Assembly (NCBI GenBank): GCA_016186635.1
Contig: JACPLI010000014.1
Span: 804-64,803, forward strand
Direction of reading: 5' to 3'
Length of the DNA: 64,000 nt
From: Candidatus Liptonbacteria bacterium
GTDB taxonomy: Bacteria > Patescibacteriota > Minisyncoccia > UBA6257 > 2-01-FULL-56-20
Of the stretch, positions 24,370-34,522 are shown in pieces (within the stretch, counting starts at the first letter, position 1; each line of letters starts with the position of its first letter). The notes under the pieces were generated by a model, which ran no database searches, was not told the DNA's origin, and saw nothing but the letters and a program-made list of their open reading frames with translations. Both the position numbers and the translations under genes were made by a program.

Positions 24370-24443
24370 GCGGGCGTAGTATAGTGGCAGTACGGAATCC
24401 TTCCAAGATTCAGGTACGGGTCCGATTCCCGTCGCCCGCTCCA
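24370..24443 (+). tRNA. tRNA-Gly (anticodon TCC), CCA encoded
   Basis: GCGGGCG-TA-GTAT-AGTGGCA-GTAC-G-GAATC-CTTCCAA-GATTC-AGGT-ACGGG-TCCGATT-CCCGT-CGCCCGC-T-CCA; coordinates shifted +1 to agree with ORF track. Confidence 0.85.
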
Positions 24444-24448
24444 CACCA

Positions 24449-25660
24449 CTATTTCACCTTCGCCCGGAAAAAGTGGCGCTTGCCGACTCTGATTGTCTCG
24501 CCGCCGGAAAAAGAAGGCGCCATATGCGGGTCTTTGAGCGCCGCGCCCTCGACATGCACGCCTCCCTGCGCAATGAGCCGCCGCGCCTCGCTTTTACTTT
24601 TCACGACGCCGGTTTTCAGCACCACGTCAAGGAGAGGCAACTTCCCCACTTCCAGATAGGGAATATCCGCATTGTTCACGTCTCTCTCCGAAAAAATTTT
24701 TTTCCAGTCCTTTCGGGCTTTTTCTGCATTTTTCTCACTACAGTATGTCTTTACAACCTCAAAGGCCAAGGCAAGCTTTGCGTCTCGAGGATTATCAAAC
24801 TCTTTAAGCTTCCTAATCTCATCAAGTGGCATAGACGTTGACAATTCTGCAACTCCAGAAATCATCCCATCCGGCATAGCCATCACTCGCCCGAACATTT
24901 CACCCGGGCTATCGTCAAGATTCACTAAACTTGCCTCAGTTTTACTCAATTTTTTCCCAGTATTGGAATCCACGAGCAATTTCACCGCAACAAAGAAATT
25001 ATCCTTCCACACTTGGTCTCGAAAAGCGCGGCCGACATTCATATTAAATATCTGGTCACGACCACCAATTTCTACATTCACTCCAAGTTCTCTACCGTCC
25101 CATCCCTGCAAAAGGGGGTAAATAAATTCTCTTAGTTCTATAGATTTATGTTCTTCTAATCTCTTCTTAAAATCAGCTCGCTCTAACAAATTCTGAACAG
25201 AAAAAGCACCAAGTAGGGATTTGAAAAAATCTTCGAACTTCATCTTTCCAAACCACTCCGAGTTATATCTTACTTGTGCAGCATTCTCGCCTGAAAAATT
25301 CAGAATGCGAGATACCTGCTTCTTGAAAGTCTTCCAGTTCTCTTTAATCTGTTTTGGCGTGAGGGGTTGCCGCGGCGCCATCTTATCCGTCGGGTCTCCA
25401 ACCCGAGCAGTAAAATCTCCGATAAGCAGAATCGCTTTATGGCCAAGATCCTGAAATCTACGAAGGGTCCATAAGCCCGCCGCATGGCCAAGGTGAAGAT
25501 GCGAGCTAGTGGGATCGATACCGAAGTAGAAAGACAGCCGCCGACCGCTTAACAACTCTTTCTCAAACGCTTCAACGGATGGGTACACCATACTGAGCGA
25601 TCGCGTAAGAGCCTCTCTAACAAGCCTTTTGTCTTTCTTCGCCCCCATTTCTTTCTCCAT
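24449..25660 (-). CDS. tyrS: tyrosine--tRNA ligase
   Basis: GIDPTSSHLHLGH (HIGH region), KLSKT (KMSKS), C-terminal S4-like domain; start placed at ATG 25660. Confidence 0.9.
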   Translation of the reverse strand: MEKEMGAKKDKRLVREALTRSLSMVYPSVEAFEKELLSGRRLSFYFGIDPTSSHLHLGHAAGLWTLRRFQDLGHKAILLIGDFTARVGDPTDKMAPRQPLTPKQIKENWKTFKKQVSRILNFSGENAAQVRYNSEWFGKMKFEDFFKSLLGAFSVQNLLERADFKKRLEEHKSIELREFIYPLLQGWDGRELGVNVEIGGRDQIFNMNVGRAFRDQVWKDNFFVAVKLLVDSNTGKKLSKTEASLVNLDDSPGEMFGRVMAMPDGMISGVAELSTSMPLDEIRKLKEFDNPRDAKLALAFEVVKTYCSEKNAEKARKDWKKIFSERDVNNADIPYLEVGKLPLLDVVLKTGVVKSKSEARRLIAQGGVHVEGAALKDPHMAPSFSGGETIRVGKRHFFRAKVK

Positions 25661-25735
25661 ATCTAGGCTACATTCTACACAAAAAAGCCTCATCCCGTAA
25701 GAGCGGCTTTTTTTCTCACGCACTCACCTTCATAT

Positions 25736-26317
25736 TTACGAACTCTTCACAATCTGGTCGAGAAGCCCGTACTCCTTCGCTTCCGCGGCGGTCATATAGA
25801 AATCGCGGTCGGTGTCTTTTTCGATTTTTCCGATGGGCTGGCCCGTGTGCTTCGCTAGAATCTGGTTGATGTTGTCTTTTATTTTGATGATGTGCCGCGC
25901 CGTGATTTCCACCTCAATCGCCTGTCCCTCCACGCCGCCCATGACTTGGTGGAGAAGGATTTCGGAATTCGGCAGGGCAAAACGTTTCCCTTTCTTCCCT
26001 GCGGCGAGGAGCACCGCGCCCATCGAAGCCGCCATGCCGACGCACATCGTGGCGACATCCGGCTTCACATACTGCATCGTGTCGTAAATCGCCATGCCCG
26101 CGGTGACCGAGCCGCCGGGAGTGTTCAAATACAGCTTGATGTCTTTCTTCGGGTCCTCGTGCTCAAGGAAAAGAAGCTGTGCGATAATATTGTTCGCCAC
26201 CGCGTCCGTGACCGGACCGCCTAAGAAAATGATGCGTTCCTTAAGAAGCCGCGAGTAGATGTCGTAGGCGCGCTCGCCGTACTGCGATTTTTCGATGACG
26301 GTGGGAACAAGGTTCAT
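25736..26317 (-). CDS. clpP: ATP-dependent Clp protease proteolytic subunit
   Basis: 193 aa; active-site [14 protein letters not shown] region and conserved ClpP fold motifs. Confidence 0.95.
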   Translation of the reverse strand: MNLVPTVIEKSQYGERAYDIYSRLLKERIIFLGGPVTDAVANNIIAQLLFLEHEDPKKDIKLYLNTPGGSVTAGMAIYDTMQYVKPDVATMCVGMAASMGAVLLAAGKKGKRFALPNSEILLHQVMGGVEGQAIEVEITARHIIKIKDNINQILAKHTGQPIGKIEKDTDRDFYMTAAEAKEYGLLDQIVKSS

Positions 26318-26318
26318 A

Positions 26319-26472
26319 GGAGTAATCGCTAATAATGCGAATTATAATTTAATAACGCGAATTATTCAAACGTGGGAGGAGTATTCGCGAATAATGCAAA
26401 TATGGATTAAATAATGCGAATGGAATCTATTTGCATTATTTGCCGGAGATTCGCGATATTCGCGATTACTCC
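26319..26472. repeat. palindromic AATAAYGCRAAT-family element, copy 2 (longest, ~155 bp)
   Basis: ggagtaatcgctaataatgcgaat...attcgcgaataatgcaaat...aataatgcgaat...attcgcgatattcgcgattactcc between hppA 3' end and clpP 5' end. Confidence 0.7.
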
Positions 26473-26665
26473 TAGAGGAACGGCACCAGAAGTAAAGCAA
26501 TAATGTTGATTATCTTGATTACCGGATTGATTGCGGGTCCCGCCGTGTCCTTGTAGGGGTCGCCCACGTCGCTCGCTTCACTCACTCCCTCACAACCTCT
26601 CGGTTTTGAGTGATTTCCTACACGGTGAAACTCCCGTTTCCCCGACCCCCTTCCCGTGGGCGACC

Positions 26666-28690
26666 CTAGAGAAAAGGAACAAGCAACAGCGCAATTATAT
26701 TAATAATCTTTATCACAGGATTTATGGCTGGTCCAGCAGTATCTTTATACGGGTCGCCCACCGTGTCGCCCGTAACCGCCGCTTTATGCGCCACAGACCC
26801 CTTCCCGCCGAGATTCCCCTCTTCAATATATTTTTTCGCGTTATCCCACGCAGCGCCGCCGGAAGTCATTGCGAGCGCCACGAAAAGCCCCGTCACGATA
26901 GAACCCAAGAGAAGTCCTCCAAGCGCCGCCGCGCCGAGCGCCCATGCGACGAGTATGGGGATCACGACCGGCAAGAGCGCCGGCACCACCATTTCCCGAA
27001 TCGCCGCGCGCGTCACGATATCCACGCACTTCGCATAGTCCGGCAACGCTTTTCCCTCCATAATTCCAGGAATCTCCCTAAACTGCCGGCGCACTTCAAC
27101 CACTACGCTCCCCGCCGCCTTCCCCACCGCGCGCATCGAGATTGAAGCGAAGAGATAGGGGATGAGCCCGCCGATGAAGAGTCCTGCGATTACCTTCGGG
27201 TCGGTGAGGTCAAACGACTGCCCCGCATACTTCGCGCCGAGGTCGTGCACATACGAGGCGAAGAGCACCACCGCCGCAAGCCCTGCCGAGCCGATGGCAT
27301 ACCCCTTTGTTACCGCCTTTGTCGTGTTTCCCACGGAGTCAAGCGCATCCGTCACTTCGCGCACCGAGTCGGGAAGCCCCGCCATCTCCGCAATGCCGCC
27401 CGCATTGTCCGTAATCGGACCGAAGGCGTCAATCGCGACCACAATTCCTGTCATCGAGAGCATGCTCATCACCGCGAGCGCCACGCCGTAGAGTCCGGAG
27501 ACGGCATACGCACCAAGGATGCCCCCCACAATCACCAGCACGGGGAGTGCCGTCGCCTCCATTCCCACCGCGAGACCGGCGATGACGTTCGTGCCGTGGC
27601 CGGTTTCGGATGCCTGTGCAATCGCACGCACCGGACGGAACTTTTTCGACGTGTAGTACTCCGTAATAAGCACGATGAGCGCGGTCACTGCAATCCCGAG
27701 TACCATGGGGAGAAAAAGCTCCCATTGGCTCAGCGCGCCGCCTGCTCCCCCGGAGGACTGAAAGAGTCCCGCAACGCGGCCGCTCACGAACCAAAACCCG
27801 ATAAGCGCAAGCGCGCTTGCACCCGCAAGTCCCTTATACAGCGCCCCCATAATATACGCGCTCTTCGCGGAGCTCCCCGCAGGAAGGTGGACAAAGAAAA
27901 GCCCCAGCACCGACGCAATCGCGGCGACCCCCCCCATGAGAAGAGGGAGCGTTACCGCAACAGCGGTGCCGGGGAACGTAAGCGCCCCAAGAATCATTGC
28001 GGCAATCGCCGTCACTGCATACGTCTCAAAAAGGTCTGCCGCCATACCCGCGCAGTCTCCCACGTTGTCGCCGACATTGTCGGCAATCACCGCCGGGTTC
28101 CGCGGGTCGTCTTCAGGAATCCCCGCTTCCACTTTGCCTACAAGGTCCGCGCCCACATCGGCCCCCTTCGTAAAAATGCCGCCGCCCAAACGGGCGAAGA
28201 CAGATATCAAGCTTCCCCCGAAACCGAGTCCGATCAAGGCGCTCACGTTGTTCGTCGCCGCATAGAATCCCGCAACCGAGAGCAGCGCAAGCCCTACCAC
28301 GAGCAAACCCGTCACCGCGCCTCCTTCAAACGCCACCGCAAGCGCATCTTTAAATCCCCGCTTCGCCGCCTCCGCGGTTTTCACGTTCGCGCGGACGGAC
28401 ACGTGCATACCAACATACCCTGCCGCTCCCGACGCAACCGCCCCCACAATAAAACCGGCCATCGTTGTTGCATCCACGAGTACCCCAATGAGCGCCGCAA
28501 TGACGACTGCCACTCCCGCAATGGTCTTGTACTGCCGGTTCAAAAACGCCTTCGCGCCCGTGCGTATCGCACCCGCAATTTCTTCCATACGCGCATCGCC
28601 CCCGGGACGCTTCGCAATCCGCCCGCCAAGCCACGCGGCAACAAGAATGGAGAGCGCGCCCGCACCTACCGCAAATGATACTGGATTCAT
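26666..28690 (-). CDS. hppA: membrane-bound H+-translocating pyrophosphatase
   Basis: 674 aa, ~16 TM; [20 protein letters not shown] and [11 protein letters not shown] motifs. Confidence 0.95.
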   Translation of the reverse strand: MNPVSFAVGAGALSILVAAWLGGRIAKRPGGDARMEEIAGAIRTGAKAFLNRQYKTIAGVAVVIAALIGVLVDATTMAGFIVGAVASGAAGYVGMHVSVRANVKTAEAAKRGFKDALAVAFEGGAVTGLLVVGLALLSVAGFYAATNNVSALIGLGFGGSLISVFARLGGGIFTKGADVGADLVGKVEAGIPEDDPRNPAVIADNVGDNVGDCAGMAADLFETYAVTAIAAMILGALTFPGTAVAVTLPLLMGGVAAIASVLGLFFVHLPAGSSAKSAYIMGALYKGLAGASALALIGFWFVSGRVAGLFQSSGGAGGALSQWELFLPMVLGIAVTALIVLITEYYTSKKFRPVRAIAQASETGHGTNVIAGLAVGMEATALPVLVIVGGILGAYAVSGLYGVALAVMSMLSMTGIVVAIDAFGPITDNAGGIAEMAGLPDSVREVTDALDSVGNTTKAVTKGYAIGSAGLAAVVLFASYVHDLGAKYAGQSFDLTDPKVIAGLFIGGLIPYLFASISMRAVGKAAGSVVVEVRRQFREIPGIMEGKALPDYAKCVDIVTRAAIREMVVPALLPVVIPILVAWALGAAALGGLLLGSIVTGLFVALAMTSGGAAWDNAKKYIEEGNLGGKGSVAHKAAVTGDTVGDPYKDTAGPAINPVIKIINIIALLLVPFL

Positions 28691-28705
28691 ATTTTGGGTA
28701 ATAAC

Positions 28706-28800
28706 CCCGACGCTTCGGTCGGGGCTCCGACTCCCGCCGCAACGGGACGCCGGAGCTAATAACTTATGACTTATGACAAATGACCTTTCTCACTCTCACT
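28706..28800. repeat. hairpin ccccgacgcttcggtcgggg plus heptamer arrays (CTTATGA, CTCACTC, CTCTTAC)
   Basis: between hppA start and nusA stop; nusA C-terminal tail [14 protein letters not shown] is encoded by the arrays. Confidence 0.5.
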
Positions 28801-30012
28801 CTTACTCTTACTTTCATCCCCATGCTCATTTGTATTCTCGCTTTCGGTTTCGACAACGCCCGCCACTCCTCCTTCCTGAGATTCCTCGGGGCGCGTCTGC
28901 GAGCGCACGTCGAGTTTCCACCCGGTGAGCTTCGCCGCGAGCCGCACGTTCTGCCCGCCCTTGCCGATTGCCAAACTCAACTGGTCCTCGGGCACATAGA
29001 CGCGCGCCTCGCGCCGCGGCAAAACCTCAACCTTCTCCGCCTTCGCCGGAGAGAGCGCATTCCCCACAAACGTTCCCGAATCCTCCGACCACTCAATGAT
29101 GTCCACCTTCTCGGGACCAAGCTCGTTCGTCACCGCCATCACCCGCGTGCCGCGCTGACCCACAAGCGCCCCTACCGGGTCCACTCCCTCTGCCTTCGAC
29201 GCAACTGCAACCTTCGTGCGGTTCCCCGCCTCACGCGCAATCGCCTTTACCTCAACCACCCCTTCCGCGAGTTCGGGCACCTCGAGTTCAAAAAGCTTCG
29301 CAACAAATTTCGGGTGTGAGCGGGAGAGCACAATGCCGGGCAAGCGCGTGTCTTCCTGCACCGCGAGCACGAGGAACCGGAGCCGCTCCCCGGAGCGGTA
29401 GTGCTCTCCCGGAATGGACTCATTTGCGAACATCACTCCCACCGTCCGCCCCAAGTCCACATACACGTGCCCGCGCTCGAACCGCTGGACGATGCCGCTC
29501 ACAATCTGCCCTTCCTTATCCCGCCACTCGGAGAGGATGGAGTCACGCTCCGACTCCCGGAGTTTCTGCAAAATGATTTGCTTCGCGGTCTGCGCCGCGA
29601 TGCGGCTGAAGTCCTCGTGCGTCTCAAGCGGGAACAGCATTTCGTCGCCGAGTTTCGCGTTCGGCTTCACTTTTTTTGCTTCGTCTAAAAATACGTGGCG
29701 CTCGGGATTATAGCGCGGCAACACGGTTATCCCCTCTTCGCCCTGCGGCGCAGCCTCCGGCGGCGCCTCTTCCGTCCCCTCTTCCACAATGCGCACGGTG
29801 GATTCATCCACCACGGTTTTCACATGCCAAAAACGCAGCTCTCCTGATTTTGAATCGAGCTTCGCGCGCACCACATCACCCCGCGCCCCATACTCTTTTT
29901 TGTATGCGGCAGCAATGGAAGATTCGATTGCCTCAAGCACACGCTCGGGCTGAAGCCCTTTCTCCTCCGCAACTTGCTTGAGCGCGCGGGATATATCTTT
30001 GATATTCAGCAT
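28771..30012 (-). CDS. nusA: transcription termination/antitermination factor NusA
   Basis: N-terminal domain, S1 and KH domains (e.g. [32 protein letters not shown]). Confidence 0.9.
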   Translation of the reverse strand: MLNIKDISRALKQVAEEKGLQPERVLEAIESSIAAAYKKEYGARGDVVRAKLDSKSGELRFWHVKTVVDESTVRIVEEGTEEAPPEAAPQGEEGITVLPRYNPERHVFLDEAKKVKPNAKLGDEMLFPLETHEDFSRIAAQTAKQIILQKLRESERDSILSEWRDKEGQIVSGIVQRFERGHVYVDLGRTVGVMFANESIPGEHYRSGERLRFLVLAVQEDTRLPGIVLSRSHPKFVAKLFELEVPELAEGVVEVKAIAREAGNRTKVAVASKAEGVDPVGALVGQRGTRVMAVTNELGPEKVDIIEWSEDSGTFVGNALSPAKAEKVEVLPRREARVYVPEDQLSLAIGKGGQNVRLAAKLTGWKLDVRSQTRPEESQEGGVAGVVETESENTNEHGDESKSKSESEKGHLS

Positions 30013-30230
30013 CGAAATATTCTAATTAAAAATTCCGCATACGCGGAATTAAAATCCTTAACCTCATCTTACCCCCACAGAGAACGCCCGTCAAACGGCG
30101 CTTGTCCTATTTCCTGCGGGGACGCTGTCTGCGGCGGGCTGCCGCAACGCTCACTCTCGTGCCGCCGCACTGCGAGAAGCCCCGCAAGAAACAGGACTGC
30201 GCACTATTGGAAATATAACAAGGAACGTAA

Positions 30231-30593
30231 CTAGCACACATTCTCATAGTGGCGGATGTCCTCTCCCCCGTCATCCAGGAGCGTAATCGCCACGAGGTCA
30301 ATGCGCCAACCCCTTTTGTCGCGGAAAAGCTCGGCGTGCTCGTTCGCGAATAGTGAGCACGTTCTCCTCATCTTTGCAATCTTCGCCCGCGACATTTGGT
30401 CTTCCGGCTGGAGCCGCCCCTCCCGCATCGTCTTTACCTCCACAAACACAAGTGTCCCGTTGGGACTCTTTGCCACAATATCCAGTTCCCCCCATGGCTT
30501 GCGATAGTTTCTCTCCAAAACCCGATAGCCCTTTTTAGAAAGGGATTTGCAGGCGATTTCTTCGCCGAGTTTCCCGATTTCACTCTTTTCCAT
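30231..30593 (-). CDS. yraN: YraN/UPF0102 family endonuclease
   Basis: GKLGEEIACKSLSKKGYRVLERNYRKPWGELDIVAKSPNGTLVFVEVKTMREG matches UPF0102 motif. Confidence 0.75.
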   Translation of the reverse strand: MEKSEIGKLGEEIACKSLSKKGYRVLERNYRKPWGELDIVAKSPNGTLVFVEVKTMREGRLQPEDQMSRAKIAKMRRTCSLFANEHAELFRDKRGWRIDLVAITLLDDGGEDIRHYENVC

Positions 30594-30630
30594 TACATTG
30601 TGTGCACGCGTTAAACATTATATGATTTAT

Positions 30631-31071
30631 ATGAATCGTAAAGCGATAAACATGGAATTATCCTACGAATACATACGCGGTGTGGTTGAAGGAGAAGGAT
30701 GTTTTACATTCTCAAAGTCAAACGGGAGAAAAATTCCTGCTTTTGCAATAAGAATGCACATTCGAGACAAGAGCTTGATATGTGCAATACGAGATACTCT
30801 TGGATTAAGAAATAAGGTTTATGTCTATGATTATCAAGCAAAGGACAGGATAGAAAGAGCACCACAGGCAACGCTGATAGTAAGAGAATTTGGTCAACTC
30901 AAAAACATAATAGTTCCATTCTTTTACAAAAGGTTAAGGGGGAACAAACGAAATCAGTTTGAACTGTGGTTAGAGAAGATAGGTAACGATCCAAGCGTAC
31001 CAGAGAGTTTTAAATTCATATACAAGATTTACAAAGCAGGGTTCTATGATAAGAATCCAAAGTTTCCATAG
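30631..31071 (+). CDS. LAGLIDADG-family homing endonuclease (single-motif, free-standing)
   Basis: YIRGVVEGEGCFTF is a LAGLIDADG motif variant; ~147 aa; sits in AT-rich islet 30594-31290; start could also be ATG 30622 or 30652. Confidence 0.65.
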   Translation: MNRKAINMELSYEYIRGVVEGEGCFTFSKSNGRKIPAFAIRMHIRDKSLICAIRDTLGLRNKVYVYDYQAKDRIERAPQATLIVREFGQLKNIIVPFFYKRLRGNKRNQFELWLEKIGNDPSVPESFKFIYKIYKAGFYDKNPKFP

Positions 31072-31170
31072 GGTAGCATTGAAAGTTTGGACTAGTACAG
31101 ACGTTTGCCGCTTGACAAAGATATTCAATGAAAATTTATATAAAATTGAGAACCGCATTATTTTCCAATG

Positions 31171-31227
31171 GTTTGTCAGTGTTTTACAAGATTTTCCCAA
31201 TTTCTGACAAACAAAAAAGTTTGTCAG
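31171..31227. promoter_or_regulatory. three TTTGTCAG sites in inverted arrangement (putative operator)
   Basis: gtttgtcag (31171-31179), ctgacaaac (31204-31212), gtttgtcag (31219-31227) upstream of dksA-like gene. Confidence 0.35.
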
Positions 31228-31444
31228 GACTGTATGTGAGGAGAGAATTTTGAGCTAATTTTCCATATTTTTGCCGGATTAACTCGGCAAAGGATTGCCT
31301 ATTTTACCTGCCTCTTTCTTGCCGATTTATCCACCTACTCTTGCCGCATACAGGGGATTATCCACAGAATCGTGCACAGATGGGGGCGACCGGCCAATCA
31401 ACCGCCACTCAGCAACTTCATCGAGATTGTGGGTGGGGGAGCAT

Positions 31445-31798
31445 ATGCAGTGTGGTATGCTAGTCCCTATGGACACAAAAAATCTTGCACACTACAAAAC
31501 GCTCCTTGAGCGGCAGAAAGAAGAACTGCTTCGGGAAATCGCCTCCCACGCACAGAAGGAAGATTTCGGGAGCGATGTGGATTCCTCCGACGAGGCAACC
31601 GATGAAGCAGAAGAGGCGGGCAATCGGCTCGCAATCGTCGAGTCGCTCAAGGAAGATGTCGGTGAAATAGATTCCGCGCTCGAGAAAATCCGCCGAGGAA
31701 CCTACGGCGTCTGCGAGCGCTGCGGCGCATCAATTGAAGAAGAAGTGCTCACTACTGCGCCCGAATCTGCAGTATGCCGCTCGTGCAAGAAAAAATAG
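31445..31798 (+). CDS. DksA/TraR-family C4 zinc-finger protein
   Basis: C-terminal GTYGVCERCGASIEEEVLTTAPESAVCRSC four-Cys finger plus coiled-coil; start ATG uncertain (31445, 31457 or 31469). Confidence 0.65.
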   Translation: MQCGMLVPMDTKNLAHYKTLLERQKEELLREIASHAQKEDFGSDVDSSDEATDEAEEAGNRLAIVESLKEDVGEIDSALEKIRRGTYGVCERCGASIEEEVLTTAPESAVCRSCKKK

Positions 31799-31807
31799 GC
31801 ACGTCCG

Positions 31808-33331
31808 ATGCGCGACCACCTCGCCCGCGTGCACTCCGCAGAACTTGAGGGAATTAACGCGCGCCCCATCGAAGTTGAAGTTGACCTCAACGTCGGCCTC
31901 CATGCGTTCAACATTGTGGGACTCGCCGACAAGGCGCTGAACGAAGCGCGGGAGCGCGTGAACTCCTCGCTCAAAAATTCCGGCGTAAAGCCGCCGAACA
32001 GGGAAAACCGGAAGATTACGGTGAACCTCGCTCCCGCTGACGTAAAAAAAACGGGTTCGCAGTACGACCTTGCAATCGCGATAGGGTACCTCCTCGCCAC
32101 GCACCAGATAAAAGATTTTGACGCGAGCGACAAGCTTTTTATGGGAGAACTCGCGCTTGACGGCAGGCTCCGTCCGGTGCACGGAGCGCTCTGCATCAGC
32201 CACATGGCAGCGCAGTCCGGTTTCCGCTACCTCTTCCTCCCCGCGTCGAACGCCAACGAGGCCTCGGTAGTGCCCGACACGCACGTGGTTCCGGTTGAAA
32301 CACTGAATGATGCGATTGCATTCCTTGAGGGAAACCGCTCGCTCGCGCGTCACGCGTACCGCCCCGCCGAGCCGCCCACCGCGAATGTCCCCGACTTCGC
32401 CGACGTCAAAGGGCAGGAGAACGCGAAACGCGCGCTCATCATTGCGGCGGCGGGAGGGCACAATCTCCTCATGAGCGGGCCTCCCGGAGTAGGAAAGAGT
32501 CTCCTCGCGCACGCAATGGTGGGAATACTCCCCGCAATGGAGCCGGAGGAGTCCATTGAAGTTACAAAAATCTGGAGCGCCGCGGGGTTCCCTATGGCGG
32601 GGCTCCTTGCCGCACGGCCGTTCCGCGCGCCGCACCAAACCGCCACGCTTCCTGCAATCGTGGGAGGCGGCAGCGACCCCAAACCAGGCGAAATCAGCCT
32701 TTCGCACCGCGGCGTCCTTTTTCTCGATGAGTTTCCTGAATTTCAGCGTCACATTCTCGAAGCGCTCCGCGCGCCTCTCGAATCAGGCACCGTGCACGTC
32801 GCGCGCGCAAAGGGCGCGCTCACGTTCCCCGCGCGGTTTACGCTTATCGCCGCCATGAACCCCTGCCCGTGCGGATATCACGGCGACCCGGAAAAGGACT
32901 GCAAGTGTGCGCCGTACGAAGTGGTCCGTTACCAGAAGAAAATTTCCGGGCCGCTCACCGACCGCATTGACTTGCACGTCACCGTGCCGCGCGTGCCGAT
33001 TGAGCATCTCCGCGCGCCGCATGCCGCGGCGCTCACGAGCGCGGATGCGCGCGCCGTAATCGAGGCCGCGCGCGCCCGCCAGCGCGAACGGCTCAGCACA
33101 CTCCACATCACCACCAACGCCGACATGAGCTCCAAACACACCGAGTTGCTCGTGCGCATGGACCGGGGAGGGGAGGAGTTTGTGAGCACTCTCACACACA
33201 AAAAAATTTCTCCCCGCGCCTATTACCGCATTTTAAAAACCGCCCGCACGATTGCTGACATAGAAAATGCAGAATGCGTGTCTTCGGGGCACCTCGCGGA
33301 AGCGTGGAGTTACAGGGTGCGCGAGGAGTAA
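31808..33331 (+). CDS. comM: YifB/ComM-family Mg-chelatase-like AAA+ ATPase
   Basis: 507 aa; N-terminal Lon-like domain, Walker A GPPGVGKSL, sensor regions, C-terminal ChlI-like domain. Confidence 0.9.
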   Translation: MRDHLARVHSAELEGINARPIEVEVDLNVGLHAFNIVGLADKALNEARERVNSSLKNSGVKPPNRENRKITVNLAPADVKKTGSQYDLAIAIGYLLATHQIKDFDASDKLFMGELALDGRLRPVHGALCISHMAAQSGFRYLFLPASNANEASVVPDTHVVPVETLNDAIAFLEGNRSLARHAYRPAEPPTANVPDFADVKGQENAKRALIIAAAGGHNLLMSGPPGVGKSLLAHAMVGILPAMEPEESIEVTKIWSAAGFPMAGLLAARPFRAPHQTATLPAIVGGGSDPKPGEISLSHRGVLFLDEFPEFQRHILEALRAPLESGTVHVARAKGALTFPARFTLIAAMNPCPCGYHGDPEKDCKCAPYEVVRYQKKISGPLTDRIDLHVTVPRVPIEHLRAPHAAALTSADARAVIEAARARQRERLSTLHITTNADMSSKHTELLVRMDRGGEEFVSTLTHKKISPRAYYRILKTARTIADIENAECVSSGHLAEAWSYRVREE

Positions 33332-33453
33332 AAGTATCGCGAATATCGCAAATCGGCGGCAAATAATGCGAATGGATTCGCGTTATTTCCGCCAAAGGCG
33401 GATCCACCTCCGGCGGAGAATCAACCGTAATTCGCATTATTCGCGAATACTCC
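33326..33453. repeat. composite palindromic element (AATAAYGCRAAT family copy 3 fused with CCGCCAAAGGCGGATCC hairpin)
   Basis: ...tatcgcgaatatcgcaaat...aataatgcgaat...ccgccaaaggcggatccacctccggcgga...attcgcattattcgcgaatactcc between convergent comM and M23 peptidase. Confidence 0.7.
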
Positions 33454-34481
33454 TATTTGGCGAACGGGTTCACCGCTCCCAATACTTCAAAGTGCGCGTG
33501 GCACCCCGCCGCATCTCCCGTATCGCCCATCCTGCCGATTTCCTGCCCTTGTTTTACATACTCGCCCACATCCACCGACGCGGATTTAAGGTGCGCGTAG
33601 CGTGTCCGGACGTTGGCGCCCGCGGGGTGCTCGATCAGTACAAATGTCCCGTAGCCGCCGTTCCATCCGCCGCTCCCCTCGCCGTATTGCGCATCGGGCA
33701 CCGCAAGCCCCTCCGCCGCCGCGACGACTGGCGTGCCGCACACGCCCGCGATGTCCACTGCGTTCACCGGGTGGAGATTCCCGAGATTAAATCCGGACGC
33801 CGGCATCATAAAGTATCCCTTGAGCGCGGGAAGCGGCTTTCCATTTTCCCTCACGCGCGCGGCGAGCACGCCGGGGATAATGGGCCGGGCTCCCGGACCG
33901 AGCATCGCCACATTCACAGAGCGGTTTGCGTCCGCGATGTCCTTCGCCGCGACGCCGAACGCGTCCGCAACCGATTCAAGCGTTTCCCCTTCTTTGGTAA
34001 AGTAAACCGTCCCTGATACCGGGGGAATCTGAAGCGCCATCCCCACCGCAAGCCGGTTTGCCTTGACGTCCGGATTCGCCCGAAGCACGGTTTCGAGCGA
34101 TACCCCGAACTTTGCCGCAATCCCCGAAAACGTGTCGCCGCGTGCCACCTTATAGGTGGCAAATTCGGTGCGCGGCGAGAAACCCGGGGCGCTCCCGAAG
34201 GCACTAAGCGCGGCGAGGCGCACTCCCTGTGCCGCAGCGCGCTCGCCCGCCCGGTGCGCCGGAGACATGCCAAGCCGCGGGCGGCTCGCCATCGCCACGC
34301 TCACCGATTGAGCGCCCCGCGCGTGTAGCGCCGGCCCCCCCCACACCCCTTTCGCAAGAACCCGTGGGAGCTCTCCCGAAGAGTCAAGAATTCCCGCAGT
34401 GGCAAGTGCAACAAGCAACAAAACCGCGGCCACAAAAGGCGTGCGCTCCTCATGAAGCGATAGAATCATACTAATATTCAT
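33453..34481 (-). CDS. LysM-domain M23-family peptidase
   Basis: signal/TM, LysM YKVARGDTFSGIAAKFGVSLETVLRANP, M23 motifs GGYGTFVLIEHPAGANVRTRYAHL and HAHFEV. Confidence 0.8.
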   Translation of the reverse strand: MNISMILSLHEERTPFVAAVLLLVALATAGILDSSGELPRVLAKGVWGGPALHARGAQSVSVAMASRPRLGMSPAHRAGERAAAQGVRLAALSAFGSAPGFSPRTEFATYKVARGDTFSGIAAKFGVSLETVLRANPDVKANRLAVGMALQIPPVSGTVYFTKEGETLESVADAFGVAAKDIADANRSVNVAMLGPGARPIIPGVLAARVRENGKPLPALKGYFMMPASGFNLGNLHPVNAVDIAGVCGTPVVAAAEGLAVPDAQYGEGSGGWNGGYGTFVLIEHPAGANVRTRYAHLKSASVDVGEYVKQGQEIGRMGDTGDAAGCHAHFEVLGAVNPFAK

Positions 34482-34522
34482 AGTATACTCCCGAACGCGG
34501 AGTTTTCAACTCCTCTTGCATC

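Noticed and set aside
24650-25350. AT-rich block inside tyrS as a possible insertion or intein
   Set aside because: The reading frame and TyrRS motifs (HLGH, KLSKT) are continuous. No intein splice motifs or HE motifs are present, so it is compositional variation only.
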